A program made the position numbers and the translations under genes. Shown piece after piece: positions 10,583 to 22,974 of a stretch of 64,000 nt of DNA (position 1 is the stretch's first letter; the number at the start of each line of letters is the position of its first letter). The DNA comes from Marsupella aquatica (Eukaryota; Plantae; Marchantiophyta). The stretch lies in the NCBI GenBank assembly GCA_973895155.1, contig OZ316899.1, positions 1,511,573-1,575,572 of the forward strand. Reading direction: 5' to 3'. The notes under the pieces were generated by a model that worked only from the letters and a program-made list of their open reading frames with translations, was not told the DNA's origin and ran no database searches.

Positions 10583-11576
10583 AGGACCAGGGGAACAGAG
10601 GGGGAAGCCGGGAGTCCAAGCAGTGAAGGAGGCGGTGGAGGACTACAGCAATGATAACTCCGGCTATGGGTCGGATCATCATGTTCCAGGAGTAAGGACC
10701 TGTGGCCGGTTTATCCCTACCCAGCAGAGTAGCCCCGAGTCTCCCCCACCAGAGGTTGCTCCCCCGAGCTTTGACAGCATAAAGCAGACGGCACAAGATT
10801 TTCAGGAGTGACTTAGGGAGGAAGAGAAAGCAGACCTGGCTAGGGAGGAAGATTTACCAGGAGGAGATTGGTCGGAGGACATCAGGCGGCTTGCCGGAAA
10901 AAGAAGCAACCCTCTTGCCACCGTAGAAGAAATCCGCAAGGCGGCTTGGGAACAGAGGCCGAGGTGGTTGATGCCGATGACTTCTACTTACTCCACCTAT
11001 GCTAAAGATAGAGCCATGGAGTACGGGGAGATGTGTGGGGACCTGGCGCTCAGCATCTTTGGGGAGGAGTTGGAGCAAGGACCTTTTTTCCAGAGAGAGA
11101 TGTTGGAGAAGCACCGATTAGAAGAAGCGGTGGCTTTGGAGAGAAGCAAGAAGGACGAGGTCATCCGGCGGCTTAGGGAGATGGAAGCCGAGGTGGAAGA
11201 CCTGCAGGCGGCCAAGAAAGCCCAAGATGAGCTGCGGATTAAGCGGCATGAGCTAAACATCATGCAAGGACAATTGGATGCCGCTCAGTCTGGCAATCAG
11301 ATTATCAAAGATAAACTGACTCTGACTCAAGGAGAGTTGGCCGACGCGGTCAAGGACAAGGAAAAGTGGAAGCAGGAGCTGAGGGACCCAGAGGAGGCCC
11401 ACATAACCACCAACAACCGGGCCATGGCGAAGACTCAGAGAAAGGAGAGGGCGTTGAAAGGAGAGCTCAAGGATATCCGTGGAGCCCTTGAGCAGGAGGC
11501 CGAGTTAGGAAAATCCTATCAAGGGATTATTGCGTTGCAGCAGGAGCTTGCATCCCTGACGGCTAGCTTCAAGGCC

Positions 11577-11919
11577 TGTTGAGCATAGACAACATTCGTA
11601 ACAGCAAGCCCATGAACCATCCAACGCACAATAGTCGACACAGAGAGATACGTGGTTCACCTCCACATGAGGTTACGTCCATGGGAACACACAAGAGCTT
11701 TACTGCACTCTAGGCCGACCGGCCATACCAAGCATCCACAGCACAAGCTCTCCTATCTCTCAACTAGCTCCGTAACAATGAGCCTAAGTTCCACCAGGGT
11801 CTGGCATCAGCCCTGGCTATATACACAACAGCACTATCGCTAACATTAGCTAAGTCCTAACCAGAGTTAGACTAGCTGTGGTTAGCTCATGAGTCACAAG
11901 ACTAGAGCAATATCTAACA
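11577..11919 (-). repeat. Copia 3' LTR
   Basis: 343 bp direct repeat of 13222-13564, with about 10 differences by eye. Confidence 0.93.
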
Positions 11920-12137
11920 AACTCCCCCTTGACTCTTGTCTTGGGGACTAGACTAAATGCTACCATATGGAATCCTCAGCGGGAAGTTCTAGACAATCAC
12001 CAAACCAGGTCTCCCCCTAAAAACCACAAGGGTTAACTAAGGGTTAACTAAGGGTTAACTAGAACTAAGCCGTAGCCTAATAGGAATGAGTAATCCATAT
12101 ACAAATAGTCACACATTGCTAAATAACTCTACTTGCA

Positions 12138-13221
12138 CTACAACTGCAAAACCTGCAAAGTAGCACGGTGTCTTGAAAAACTCTCCAAATGAATCACTTT
12201 GGTAAAAGCATCAGCAGGATTGAGCTTTCCATCAATCTTGACTAGCTCAAAAGTTTTATTAGACACTGCTTACTTGATAAAATGGTACCTGATATCAATG
12301 TGCTTCACCCTGCTATCCATCACCTGGTTAGCAGCCAAGTGAAGAGCACTCTGACTATCACAGTTTAGAGTCATTTTTCCATGCTCTAAACCCATCTCCG
12401 CGATCAACTTATCCAACCAAATTGCTTCCTTTGCTGCTTCTGCTGCTGCAACATACTCTGCTTCTGTAGTAGACTGAGATATACACTTCTGCAAGGTAGA
12501 TTCCCAACTAATATATTCTCCTCCAAGAGTGTATACAAACAAATTCTTAGCCATCAGACCTTTCTCCACAGCATTCGTAGGAGAGAAAGTCAATGATAAC
12601 TTGAAATGTGAAGCTAAAGGAATACTCACTGGCTTACAGTTCTCCATGTTGAATCGTGCAAGTACTTTCCTCGCATACTGGCCTTGACTCAAGCACAACT
12701 ATCCAGTCTCAGAGTTCCTAAAAATCTCCATCCCTAAGATCCTTTTGGCCTTACCAAGATCCTTCATCATGAATTCAGCACTCAATTTTGCCTTGAGACT
12801 GTCAACCTCAGATTGATCTTTAGCCACAATCAGCATGTCATCCACATAGATCACCAAAATGATGAAACCAAATACATCATTCTTGACTGATTTCGTATAC
12901 ACACAAGGATCCTACACCATCCTTGTAAAACCTTGAGCAAGCATGAAATCATCAAACCGCTTGTTCCACTGTCTGGGAGACTGCTTCAATCCATACAAGG
13001 ACTTGAGCAATCTGCAAACTAAGTTCTCTTGGTCCTTCTTCAAAAAGCCTAGTGGCTGTCTCATGAAGATCATCTCTTCCAAGTTGCCATAGAGAAAAGC
13101 AGTAACAACATCCATCTGATCCATCACCACACCAAAAAACACAACAAGCTGACACAAGATCTGAATTGTGGAATACTTAGCCACCGGTGAAAAGACCTCA
13201 TTGTAATCCACTCCTTTCACT
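12138..13221 (-). pseudogene. pol: Copia RT and RNase H remnant
   Basis: GVDYNEVFSPVAK, QMDVVTAFLYG, LYGLKQSPRQW, YVDDML, STTEAEYVAA, KHIDIRYHF; contains stops and an internal deletion. Confidence 0.9.
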
Positions 13222-13564
13222 TGTTGAGCATAGACGATATTTGTAACAGCAAGCCCATGAACCATCCAATGCACAATAGTCGACACAGAGAGATACGTGG
13301 TTCACCTCCACATGAGGCTACGTCCACGGGAACACACAAGAGCTTTACTGCACTCTAGGCCGACCGGCCATACCAAGCATCCACAACACAAGCTCTCCTA
13401 TCTCTCAACTAGCTCCGTAACAATGAGCCTAAGTTCCACCAGGGTCTGGCATCAGCCCTGGCTATATACACAACAGCACTACCGCTAACATTAGCTAAGT
13501 CCTAACCAGAGTTAGACTAACTGTGGTTAGCTCATGAGTCACAAGACTACAGCAATATCTAACA
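13222..13564 (-). repeat. Copia 5' LTR
   Basis: Direct repeat of 11577-11919. Confidence 0.93.
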
Positions 13565-14417
13565 AGGCCGACCTGCGTGACAAGGATGACCAGCTCGACC
13601 AGACTTATGCCAAGATGAATAAGATGGAGTCAGAGGTCGTAGCGGAGCTCGACAAGGAGCTAAAAGCAACCCAGGAGGAGAGGGCTACCTTAAAATTGGA
13701 ATTGGAGGAAGCCAGAGAGGAGCTGCAGGAGGGACGGAAGGACCTGGAGGAAGCCCAAGAGGAGTTGGAGAAAACCACCAGGAAGATGGAGAACTTACAA
13801 CGGCGGGCCGACAACCAAACGGAGCGGCTGAAGAAATAGGCTGCAGTATTTAAGTGCTTAGCTTCATCTGGTCCAACTCCAATTGTGGGAACTCCGTTAC
13901 CAGGAGGGGTACTGGCCGAAAGACAAGCCAAGACACACGCCCCAGTGCCGGAGGTAGGTAGCAAGGGGAAGGGACCAGCTACCCAAACAGGGAAGAAGAA
14001 GAAGCGGAAACCTTCTGGGTCTGGGAGTTATACGGCTTACCAAGCCGTTGTGACCCAGGAGGTAAACCCGGCACCAACCTCCGGCATGGTCACGACAGTA
14101 GATCCACCTGTTGAAGAAGGTGGGGATGGCAAGGCCGAGGCCGGGACAGCTATTGATGAAGCCGAGGTACCGGATCCTCCACTAGAACATGACGGGGAGG
14201 CTGAAGCCGTATCGAAGGCCGTGACCGATGCTGAGGCCAAAGCCGAGGGTGGACCCAGTCAAGCCGATGAAGAGTTGACTCGGTCCGGGGCAGGTAATCT
14301 GTCAGAGGACGGACTGACGGCAGTGGCTGTGGGGGAAGCATTGGGGGCATCCATTGAGGATCCGCCACTGGTGTCGTGACGGTGCAAGGGTGCCGTTCCT
14401 TTAAGGAAGGGCGGACG

Positions 14418-15281
14418 TGGAGGTAGGAGGCGTGAGTGGGCAGGGCGGGCTCAGATCTCCAAGTTTAGGATTAGGATCAAGACCAGGAGACGGCCCTGAC
14501 ACTTAGATTAGTGGGATGGTAGATCCACTGGTAGGAGCAACACTTGTGCTCCTGCCTCGCTGTACAGTTAGGTAGATTACAGGTAGGATAGATTAAGCTT
14601 ACGCAGCGAAGTTTTGGACAGATCCGCTGCCAGGATAAATACCTGGGCAGCGGGGAGTCCAGGGCCTCTTCTTTAGCAAGTTTTTAGTTGCACCAGCAGG
14701 GCTGGGATCAAGTAATAAGAGAAGCTCTCGGTTAGTTATACAGTGACCCTTGTGTATATTCATGTTTCCTCATGCCTAAGAACTGAATAGAGTTGGCCTC
14801 ACGGCTTAGTTTGCAGAGCTTGTGTATGAGATGTACTGTTTGTATGGCAAGTGCATGGTATAACTCAGTCAGAAGGAGTCATTTTGCTATTTGTGTGTCG
14901 CATTAACTTGTGTGAAGAGTGCCCACATCAATGAAGGGAAGTAGCAAGGGAGTGAGAGTTGGATGTGTCGAGCTGAGAGAGGTCTTAGCGGCTTAACCAA
15001 GCCAATTGGGGATCATTCCGGCGGCGGAATCCAAACATATCTAATGGAAGACCAGGAGAGGAATACAAGGGAAGGCCTAGAATAGACCGGCTAAGTATCT
15101 CATGACCCAATGAAGGATCTGTCCAGTATATGTGTGTAAAATGTTAATAGTAGTAGAAGGAGGATTAGCAGCGTCCCATGCCGCTAAGCCGCGGAAACGG
15201 CCTCGCCGAGGACGAAACCTGCAAGAATCGGCTTGAGCAAGGGGGTTTTCTTGGGTTTGGGGAGCCATGGGATGCACCACA
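14418..15281 (+). repeat. Probable family B LTR (3' end firm, 5' end uncertain)
   Basis: Ends CACCACA just before the PBS and is repeated at about 38756-39617. The 5' boundary is guessed from PPT-like TTTAAGGAAGGGCGG at about 14399-14414; 14964 and 21560 are alternative starts. Confidence 0.5.
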
Positions 15282-15285
15282 TTTT

Positions 15286-15303
15286 TGGCGCTAGATGGAG
15301 GGG
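15286..15303 (+). promoter_or_regulatory. Family B primer-binding site, tRNA-Asn-like
   Basis: TGGCGCTAGATGGAGGGG; one mismatch to the complement of the plant tRNA-Asn(GUU) 3' end as recalled. Repeated at 39622. Confidence 0.75.
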
Positions 15304-15542
15304 GCATTTCTTAAGCCGTGAGATATGAAGTTAGGAAGGAAGCGTGGGTAATGACTAAACCTACGCCGAGAGAGGAAAGAGTGATTCAACGGGAGAGAGC
15401 TCGTCTGCAGCAGCTCGCCGGGTGGCATGATACACAGCGACTGAGAGGGGCATAAAGAGCTAGTAGCTCCGAAACTGAAAGTGGCATCGAAGAAGACATA
15501 CCAGAAGAAGGGTCGGTAAGGAGAAGTGAGTCTCGAACCGAC

Positions 15543-18500
15543 ATGGGGGAACCAGAGGCACGGCCAGACAAGAGGCCGGGGACCAAATTGAGCCAACGGT
15601 CGCGTATTCATTACAAGGCCTTTCATGGAAGAGGAGATGAGGATCCGGACAAATGGTTGGATGACTTCGAAGGAACCGCTGCAGCAAATGGAGAATCGGC
15701 CATCAAGATGCAAATTCTTCCCGGCCTGTTCAAGGGTGAGGCTAGGCCTTGGTACAGAGCATTGGACGTGGAAGATCAAGCCATTTGGAATACTTTCAGA
15801 TCACTATTTGTCAAGGAGTTTTGACCCATTGGAACTTCAGAGTTAGCAGTGCTGAAGTTGGGACGACTTTGGTTCAAGGAGAACAAATCCTTCAGGAAGT
15901 TCCTGCAACGCTTCCAAAAGCTGGTAAGACGTACAAAGACCAATGCATCTGAAGGTATGCAACTTCAATGGTTAGTGAATGCTTTGCCACAGAAGATGAG
16001 TTTTGCAATTAGGAAGGAGAATCCAAAGACTTTAGCCGAGGCAATTAGAGATATTCAATTATACATTAATGCAGATATCACAAGCGGAAGAAACAGCTTA
16101 AGTCTGAGAGTTCCTCATCGGAGGAAGGATCAACCCATAAGAAAAATGATAAGAAAAAGAAATATTCTAAGAAGTCAAGAAGTGATAACTCAAGCTCGGA
16201 CAGTGGAGGTAGCAAGAGTGAGTCATCTTCTAGTTCTGAAGAAGAAAAAACTAGGAAAAGGAAGGGCAAAAGGAGGGGAAAGATGAAAGTCAAGCTAGAG
16301 GCTAAAACACCAGATAACATCGTAGCCCTTACCGAGCAGCTTAAGGCTATAATAGCAAAGGTAAAACCGAAGAAGAAGGTAGTACAAGAGGATAGCTCTG
16401 TATGGTGTGCCTTATGTTATAAAACCGGACACCATAAAGATGCGTGTCCTAAACTTAATACTAGTCATGTTTGGCATGTGGCTGAGGTCAGACCATGTCA
16501 GGGAGAAGTAGAGTACTTTTTAGGGGATGCTGCTAATAGTGTTTTCGGCATCAGTGAGACTGGAGCACGAGACCTATCCAACAGACCTGCATCTCTCTAG
16601 TCAGGATTAAGGAACAATCCGGGAGAAATGTATCCTCGGATTATTCAAAATCCGTCAGTACCTCCTAGGCCGAATGTGCAAAGATTTGCGGCATGCTATA
16701 ATTGTGGTCAACCTGGTCATTTTGCTAGAGAATGCCCGAATGCACGCAAACAAGGTGATGGACAACCAGCTCAGCTATGTATGGGATGCCGACAGGAGGG
16801 CCACCTGCTAGGACAATGTCCTACGTGGTTGGCAGGCATGGCCGCAAACCATAAGCTCTTGCCAGTCAAGGTCTTGCCACCAGGTACTACCCCCGGAGGA
16901 GTTCAAATCAACCACATTGAACTCGGATGGCAAACGGATGCCAAGGCAGAGTTCGGACCATCTGATGATGAGGCCGAGGCCCTATCAACCTTCTCAGAGG
17001 AGGATTTGGATCATGATTGCTACCGGGTCTCTACTCGATCTACCAGAAGGAAGGAAAGGTAGGATGGGCTGGCCAAAAATAAAGGGAAGGATAAGGAAGA
17101 AAGAATCGACTATTTGTCAACATCAACAGAAGGGGAAGGAAAGGCGCCGGCAACACAGGTAAGCCATGAGCCCACCAGTGAGCCCAATCCTTCACAGGAC
17201 AGCGACTTCAATCGAGATCACCCTAAGTTGTTCTACCCCTCTATTACGGCTAGTGTTAAGGAACAATTGCGAGAATTAGAAACCCTAGAGAATACCAAAG
17301 CCATAGCCAAGGATGTGAAATGAGCAAAAGCGTTGTTTGCTTTGGAGGATCCAATGGCTGTGGAAACTAGCGTGGAAAAATAGGCCGAAGCCAAGAGGAC
17401 ACCGCCAGAAGAGAAGCCGATAGTTTCCTATGACCTGGCTAAAGATGTGCTAGAATCTAGAGTCTCGGCAACCGTAGGTCAACTATTGAAAAATAGCCCG
17501 TACTTCCGAAAGCAGTTAAGGAAGGCGATTTTTGGCAAGCCGAGATTACCCAAGGTAGCAACCAAATCCAATGTGCTGATGATAGAAGAAGATCAAGGAG
17601 CCCCAACATTACCATTAATGATTCAAGGAGAAATATTATTGTGAGTACCCATTGATGGAGGATCAGGGGTATGTATTATGATTGATTCAACAGCAAAAGG
17701 ATGGGGTCTAACGCCAGAGATGACTGGAAGAGTGTTAAACATGGCCAATGGGTATCAAGTCATTCCCACGGGAGTGTTAACCGGCATCAAAACGGAGATA
17801 GGAGGTATCTTCTTTAGCATTAACTATGTAGTAATGAAGCTGGTAAACCCTACGTCGTTCCGGCTTTTAATTGGCAGGTCATGGCTGTACCTAGCCAAGG
17901 TAATAGAGGATTGGGGTAAGAAGGAGTTCACCTTTGGGGCCCCATCTATCACGGTATCTTGGGACACCAAGGATGACCGCAGGAAAAGCACCAGGGAGAT
18001 AGATGGGTACGACAGTGGACTGGAATCCGCCGATAAGGTACGTTGGCTAGAATGCCTCACTGACCTAACCAAAGAAAGTGTCTTTGGACCAGAGGTACCC
18101 CCCAGCGGATTATGGCAAGAACCTATGGAAGGTGACTTGGAGGAAGGTGAAGAAGAGGTCGAGGACTGCTTTACCATAGAATCCACCTTTTTAGCTTCAA
18201 TCCCAGAGGAAGCACCAAAGGTGGACCAGTTGGGTGAAACGGTTAAGTGGAGAGCTACAGCAGGGACCGTGGATTTTCCTCAGGCGTTGTGGCAGAGCCG
18301 ACAGGATCCACAACGCCGTCTATCCCCGGCAACAAATTAAATACAAGGGGATGGTCTTACAAGCCGATCTCAAGGGCAGAGCAAATTGAGGCCCTACTAG
18401 AAGCTGGAAGAGCACGATGGCCTGACCCTCAGGAAGCAGGAATAGATGACATGTACGGGAAGAATCCAAAACCGAGTCAGGAAGGGAAGCCGACAACTAA

Positions 18501-21500
18501 ATCAAAACCGAGCAGAACGGCAGGGGAACAGTCTGTTGAGAACTAGGGAGAAATTAAGTCAACAAACTCGGCTAGTACTGCCAAGATTCCAGTCTATGGA
18601 GGTATGAGACTGGAAAGGCTGGAAGCCAAGCTGGACCCGAATTTGAAGAAGCAGATTAATATGATCCAAGCACGGCAATACCAGAAGCTCGACTTAGGAG
18701 AAGGAAGGGAACTGAACTTAGGGAGGGACCTAACACCTGAGCTCGAGAAGGAGATCAGTGAATTACTAATTGAATTTCAGGATGTGTTTGCATGGAGTCA
18801 CCAAGATCTGAAGGGAGTAGACCCAAAACTAGGAGAACACCGAATCGATCTCATGTTAGGGGCCAAATCATTTCGACAACCGATTCGACGGATGAACCCT
18901 AAGTATTCTTTGATGGTAAAAACTGAAATTGACAAGCTAGTAGAAGCCGGATTCATCACTCTAGTCCTACACTCAGACTGGGTATCTCCAATTGTGATAG
19001 TTCCCAAGAAAGCTCGACCCGATGGTAAGCCAAAGATCCGGGTTTGTCAGGATTATAGGAAGTTGAATAAGGCTACGTTAAAAGACCATTTTCCTTTACC
19101 CTTTATTGATATGGTACTAGACATGGTAGCCAGTCATGAACTATACTCATTCATGGATGGATACTCTGGTTATAACCAAATCAGGATTAGGCAGGAGGAC
19201 CAAATCAAGACGGCCTTCATCATAGAATGGGGGATCTATGTCTTCAATCGTATGCCGTTTGGACTCTGTAACGCACCAGCAATGTTCCAACGATTAATGG
19301 TGAACATTTTCCACGACTACTTGAGAAAATTCATGGAAATCTTCATTGATGACTTTGCAGTGTTTGGGAAGGCATCAAAACATGCTAAATGCCTAAGGAA
19401 AACCTTCATGAGATGCAGAGAGGTAGGTCTCAAGTTACACCCCGATAAATGTTTCTTTGGAGTAACAGAGGGTGTGCTACTAGGTCACAAGGTATCAAAG
19501 AAGGGCATTGAGATTGATAAGGGTAAGCTAGCAGTATGGCTAGATATCATGCAACCTAAGAACATAAAGGATGTGAGATCCTTCTTGGGGTGCATTGGCT
19601 ATTATCGCCGGTTCATCAAGGACTTTGCCAAACTAGCTTTACCATTAACCAACATGCTCAAAGCAGGTGCAGACTTTGAGCCCACACTAGAACGAGTAAC
19701 AGCAGTAGTAGAATTGAAGCAAATGTTAGTAGAGGCCCCAGTCATGATAGCACCAGACTGGAACAAGGATTTTCATGTCTTTGTAGATGTCTCAGGCTTT
19801 TGTATCGGCTCAGTACTAAGTCAGTTGGATGCGAAAGGAAGGGACCATCCCATATACTTTGCAAGCCGCCAACTTGCCGATGCCAAACGCAATTACTCCA
19901 CCACAGAAAGAGAAGCATTAGGAGTCATTTATTCCTGTAAAAGTTTAGGCATTATTTACTGGGGTACAAAGTAATCTTTCATACCGATCATGAAAGTTTG
20001 AAGTACCTAGTAAATAAGCCGGACCTTACAGGTAGGGTAGCAAGATGGATTTTGCTATTACAGGAGTTTGACTACGAGCTAAAAATCAAGCCAGGAAAGC
20101 TACACGCCAATGCCGACTTCTTTTCAAGGATCACTGGTGAACCTGCCACGGATTGCATCGATGATCGATTTCCCGACGAGGAGCTATTCGTTGTGGAAAT
20201 AGCTGATACATGGTACCCTGAGATTTTACAATTTCTCAGCACATCCAGATTATAGCCAGGGCTAAACAGAGAGCAAGCCGCAATCTTTCTGCGGAAGGTC
20301 AGACAGTATCAGTGCATTAAGGGTATCCTACACAGGTATGGAATCAGCGGCACGATTCAAAGGTGTTTGGAAAAAGGAGAGGTAAAACGAGTCCTATGGG
20401 CTATGCATGGGGAGGAAGCCAGAGGACATTTTTCTCCAGCAACCACATCTAAAAAGATATTAAATGTCGGTTACTGGTGGCCCACCTTGCACAAGGATGT
20501 CTATCAGTTTATCAAACAATGCGACCCTTGTCAGCGAGCGGGAGGACCAAGGGCGTCCACAAGACATCCACTACACCCTATTCTACCTCTGGCACCATTT
20601 GAGAAATGGGGTATTGACTACTTGGGACCTCTGAAACCATTGACCCATCCTCAAAAAAACAAGTACATAATCCTGGCCACGGATTATGCAACCAAGTGGG
20701 TAGAGGCCAGGCCGACAACGAAGGATGATGCAATTACTACGACTCAATTCATGTATGAGCAGATCTTCACCAGGTATGGCGCACCCCTAGAATTAGTTAG
20801 TGATAGAGGAACCCATTTTTGAATGATATAATTAGTCGTTTAAATGAGCAGTATTTAGTTAGACATAGGCCTACTACTCCCTACCACCCAAAGGCAAATG
20901 GGTTGACAAAACGAGCAAATGGAATTATAGGAAAGATATTGAACAAAACCGTAGCCTAGAAGAAACTCGATTGGGATGATAAATTGTTTGCTGTTGTTTT
21001 TGCTTACAATTTAGCCTATAAATCCACTACCGGTCATACACCTTTTTTCTTAACCTTTGGACAGGAAGCCCTGGTACCCATGCAACTTGAGATTCCTACA
21101 TTTCAAGTTACAATTGAGGAGAGAACCTCAGAGGAGGAAAGCCTAAAGGAGCGAGAATATAGGTTAGAAGCTTTAGAGGAGGCAAGAATGATTTCAGCCG
21201 AGAGAGTAGAATATAGACAGAATACCATGAAGCAGCAGTATGATAAAAGGTTGAAACTAGTTAGTATTCACACTGGAGATCTTGTATTACTTTATGACAG
21301 TAGGTATAGTAGGTTTCCGGGGAAACTTTACACTCACTGGTTAGGACCTTTCAGGGTATCAATGAAGTTCTCTAATGGCTCTGTGCAATTGGCCAACATT
21401 ACTGGAGAGGTGTACCCAGTTTGCATCCATTACGACCGCCTCAAGAAATACTATATGGACGAAGATGAAGTTGTTCGCGAGGACGCTTCACAATTAGATG

Positions 21501-21520
21501 GGGAGCTATGTGATGCCTAG
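15543..21520 (+). pseudogene. gag-pol: Family B gag-PR-RT-RH-INT, degenerate
   Basis: Gag (EDPDKWLDDFE), three CCHC knuckles, protease PIDGGSG...LIGRSWL, RT QDYRKLNKATLKDHFPLPFID and FIDD, RNase H, integrase WGIDYLGP and SDRGTHF. Many stops and frameshifts. Confidence 0.92.
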
Positions 21521-21654
21521 CCAGGAATCACTAGGCCAGTTAAGTGGGGAAAACGGAGGTGTACCCTATAAACACATTAGTATAGTAACAAAAACAAGGA
21601 AAATATAAAAATTAAGTGTGACTATGGAACCCGGGCCGAGGCCGGAGGTAAGGA

Positions 21655-22950
21655 TGTGGTATGGGTGTCCCTGCAATTTTTTCTGGAAACTTGTTTATTT
21701 TTAGCATATCTCAAGATTTACTTACACTTTAGACGCCTCCGGCCAACATTTACTTGTTCTGGACACTTATAGAAATATTTGACATCTCCGGCTTTCCTGA
21801 CGATTCCTAGTGTACTTTGCCCGACGTTGTGACCAGCGTCCGTTTCTTTTACTCATGACGCTTTTGGCAGCGCCCGACCGCCACCAAGACTCTATGAGGA
21901 TTTCACACGACGTTGTGAGCAGCGTCCACCCTAGTATTGACGCTGTGAGCAGCGTCCGTTGGTTTTACTTCAGACGTTTTCTAGCAGCGTCCGCTCGTCA
22001 CTTAGACTTAGTTTTTGAAGTAGATTACTAGTAGAGTAGTATTTTGCCACCCTGGAAGTACTTATGTTGTACTTCTCCCTTGTTTAGTTTTAAGCTTGGA
22101 AAGGCACGACTGTTCTTGCCTCCTCCATTTTTGGATTCCAGCACTTATAAGACAGAGTAGAGTGATCATTTGAAGTAGAGAGAAATAGACTTAATACTGT
22201 ATTCAGAATTGAGTCTTCTGAATAGTTTCCTCCTCCTTCCATTGTAACAAGGCATGTTGTGAGTGTTTTGTATGGAAGTAAAGCTGTATTGATTGAAGTT
22301 GAGATTGAATTCAAGAGATTCCTGTGGTGATTGAATTTAGTTACAGATTTTTGAAAGTCGTATTGAATTCACTGCTAGGCTTGCTTGCAGAGTCGGGATT
22401 CGCTAGCCAATTCAAGAATAGTTAATGATAAATGAGAAGTAAATTCTGATTCTCAGAGTAGTCAGTACCGTTGCTTTGATTCTGGAATATGGTTTAGAGT
22501 TTGACTGAATTGCGCATCGCTGACGTCAAACCATGTTGACGGCATTTTAAATCATATCATTCATTTGCAACCAGAAAGCTTCTAGTTCATCAGATTGAGA
22601 ATTCCATTATCATTAACCTTTGTGTTTTGAAGCGTGAGATTGATGAATTGTGAGGCAGATTTCATGTCTATACTAAGCCCAAATCCTTTTTGAAGGAGTG
22701 GCATTAGCAGCTTGTAGTCTCTAAATCCTTACTCATTTCTTCTTTGATTCATAAATCAAAAGTTCAGTTACTTGGTTGTTTGTTTATTTGATTTTTTTGT
22801 TGAAAAGTGAAGTCAGCATAGAGCTCAGGGCTCTAAATCACTCAGAGTGATAAAAGTTATACAATTCATTCTGAAATCTATTCTTAAAGGGATCGAAACC
22901 CTGGTTTTAGGTGAGAAGAGTCACTTTTGATACTTTAGCACTATACGACA
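21655..22950 (+). repeat. 5' LTR of A2 (1296 bp)
   Basis: About 10 substitutions and 1 indel versus 33755-35049, by eye. Confidence 0.95.
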
Positions 22951-22956
22951 TCTTTT

Positions 22957-22974
22957 TGGCGCCGCTGCCGGGGA
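22957..22974 (+). promoter_or_regulatory. PBS of A2, tRNA-Asp type
   Basis: TGGCGCCGCTGCCGGGGA, one mismatch to the Athila-type tRNA-Asp PBS TGGCGCCGTTGCCGGGGA. Confidence 0.88.

Larger units (their letters stand above)
11577..13564 (-). mobile_element. Internally deleted Ty1/copia element with 5 bp TSD AGGCC
   Basis: Two 343 bp LTRs (TGTTGAGC...TCTAACA), AGGCC at 11572-11576 and 13565-13569, a single AGGCC at the empty site in B2 (about 37912), and PPT AGGGGGAGTT at 11920-11929 on the - strand. Confidence 0.93.
10583..14379 (+). pseudogene. Family B extra ORF, 3' part (coiled-coil and acidic tail), cut by A1 and interrupted by the copia
   Basis: Colinear with 36885-38717 once 11577-13569 is removed; ORF fragments 10968-11582, 13534-13839 and 13885-14379. 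Confidence 0.8.

Noticed and set aside
11652-11843. Duplicated 63 aa ORF (also 13297-13488)
   Set aside because: It lies antisense within the copia LTRs; the duplication reflects the LTR pair.
12028-12060. AAGGGTTAACT x3 in the copia 3' UTR, and the 12 bp KWIY duplication near 48570-48595
   Set aside because: Ordinary slippage duplications.
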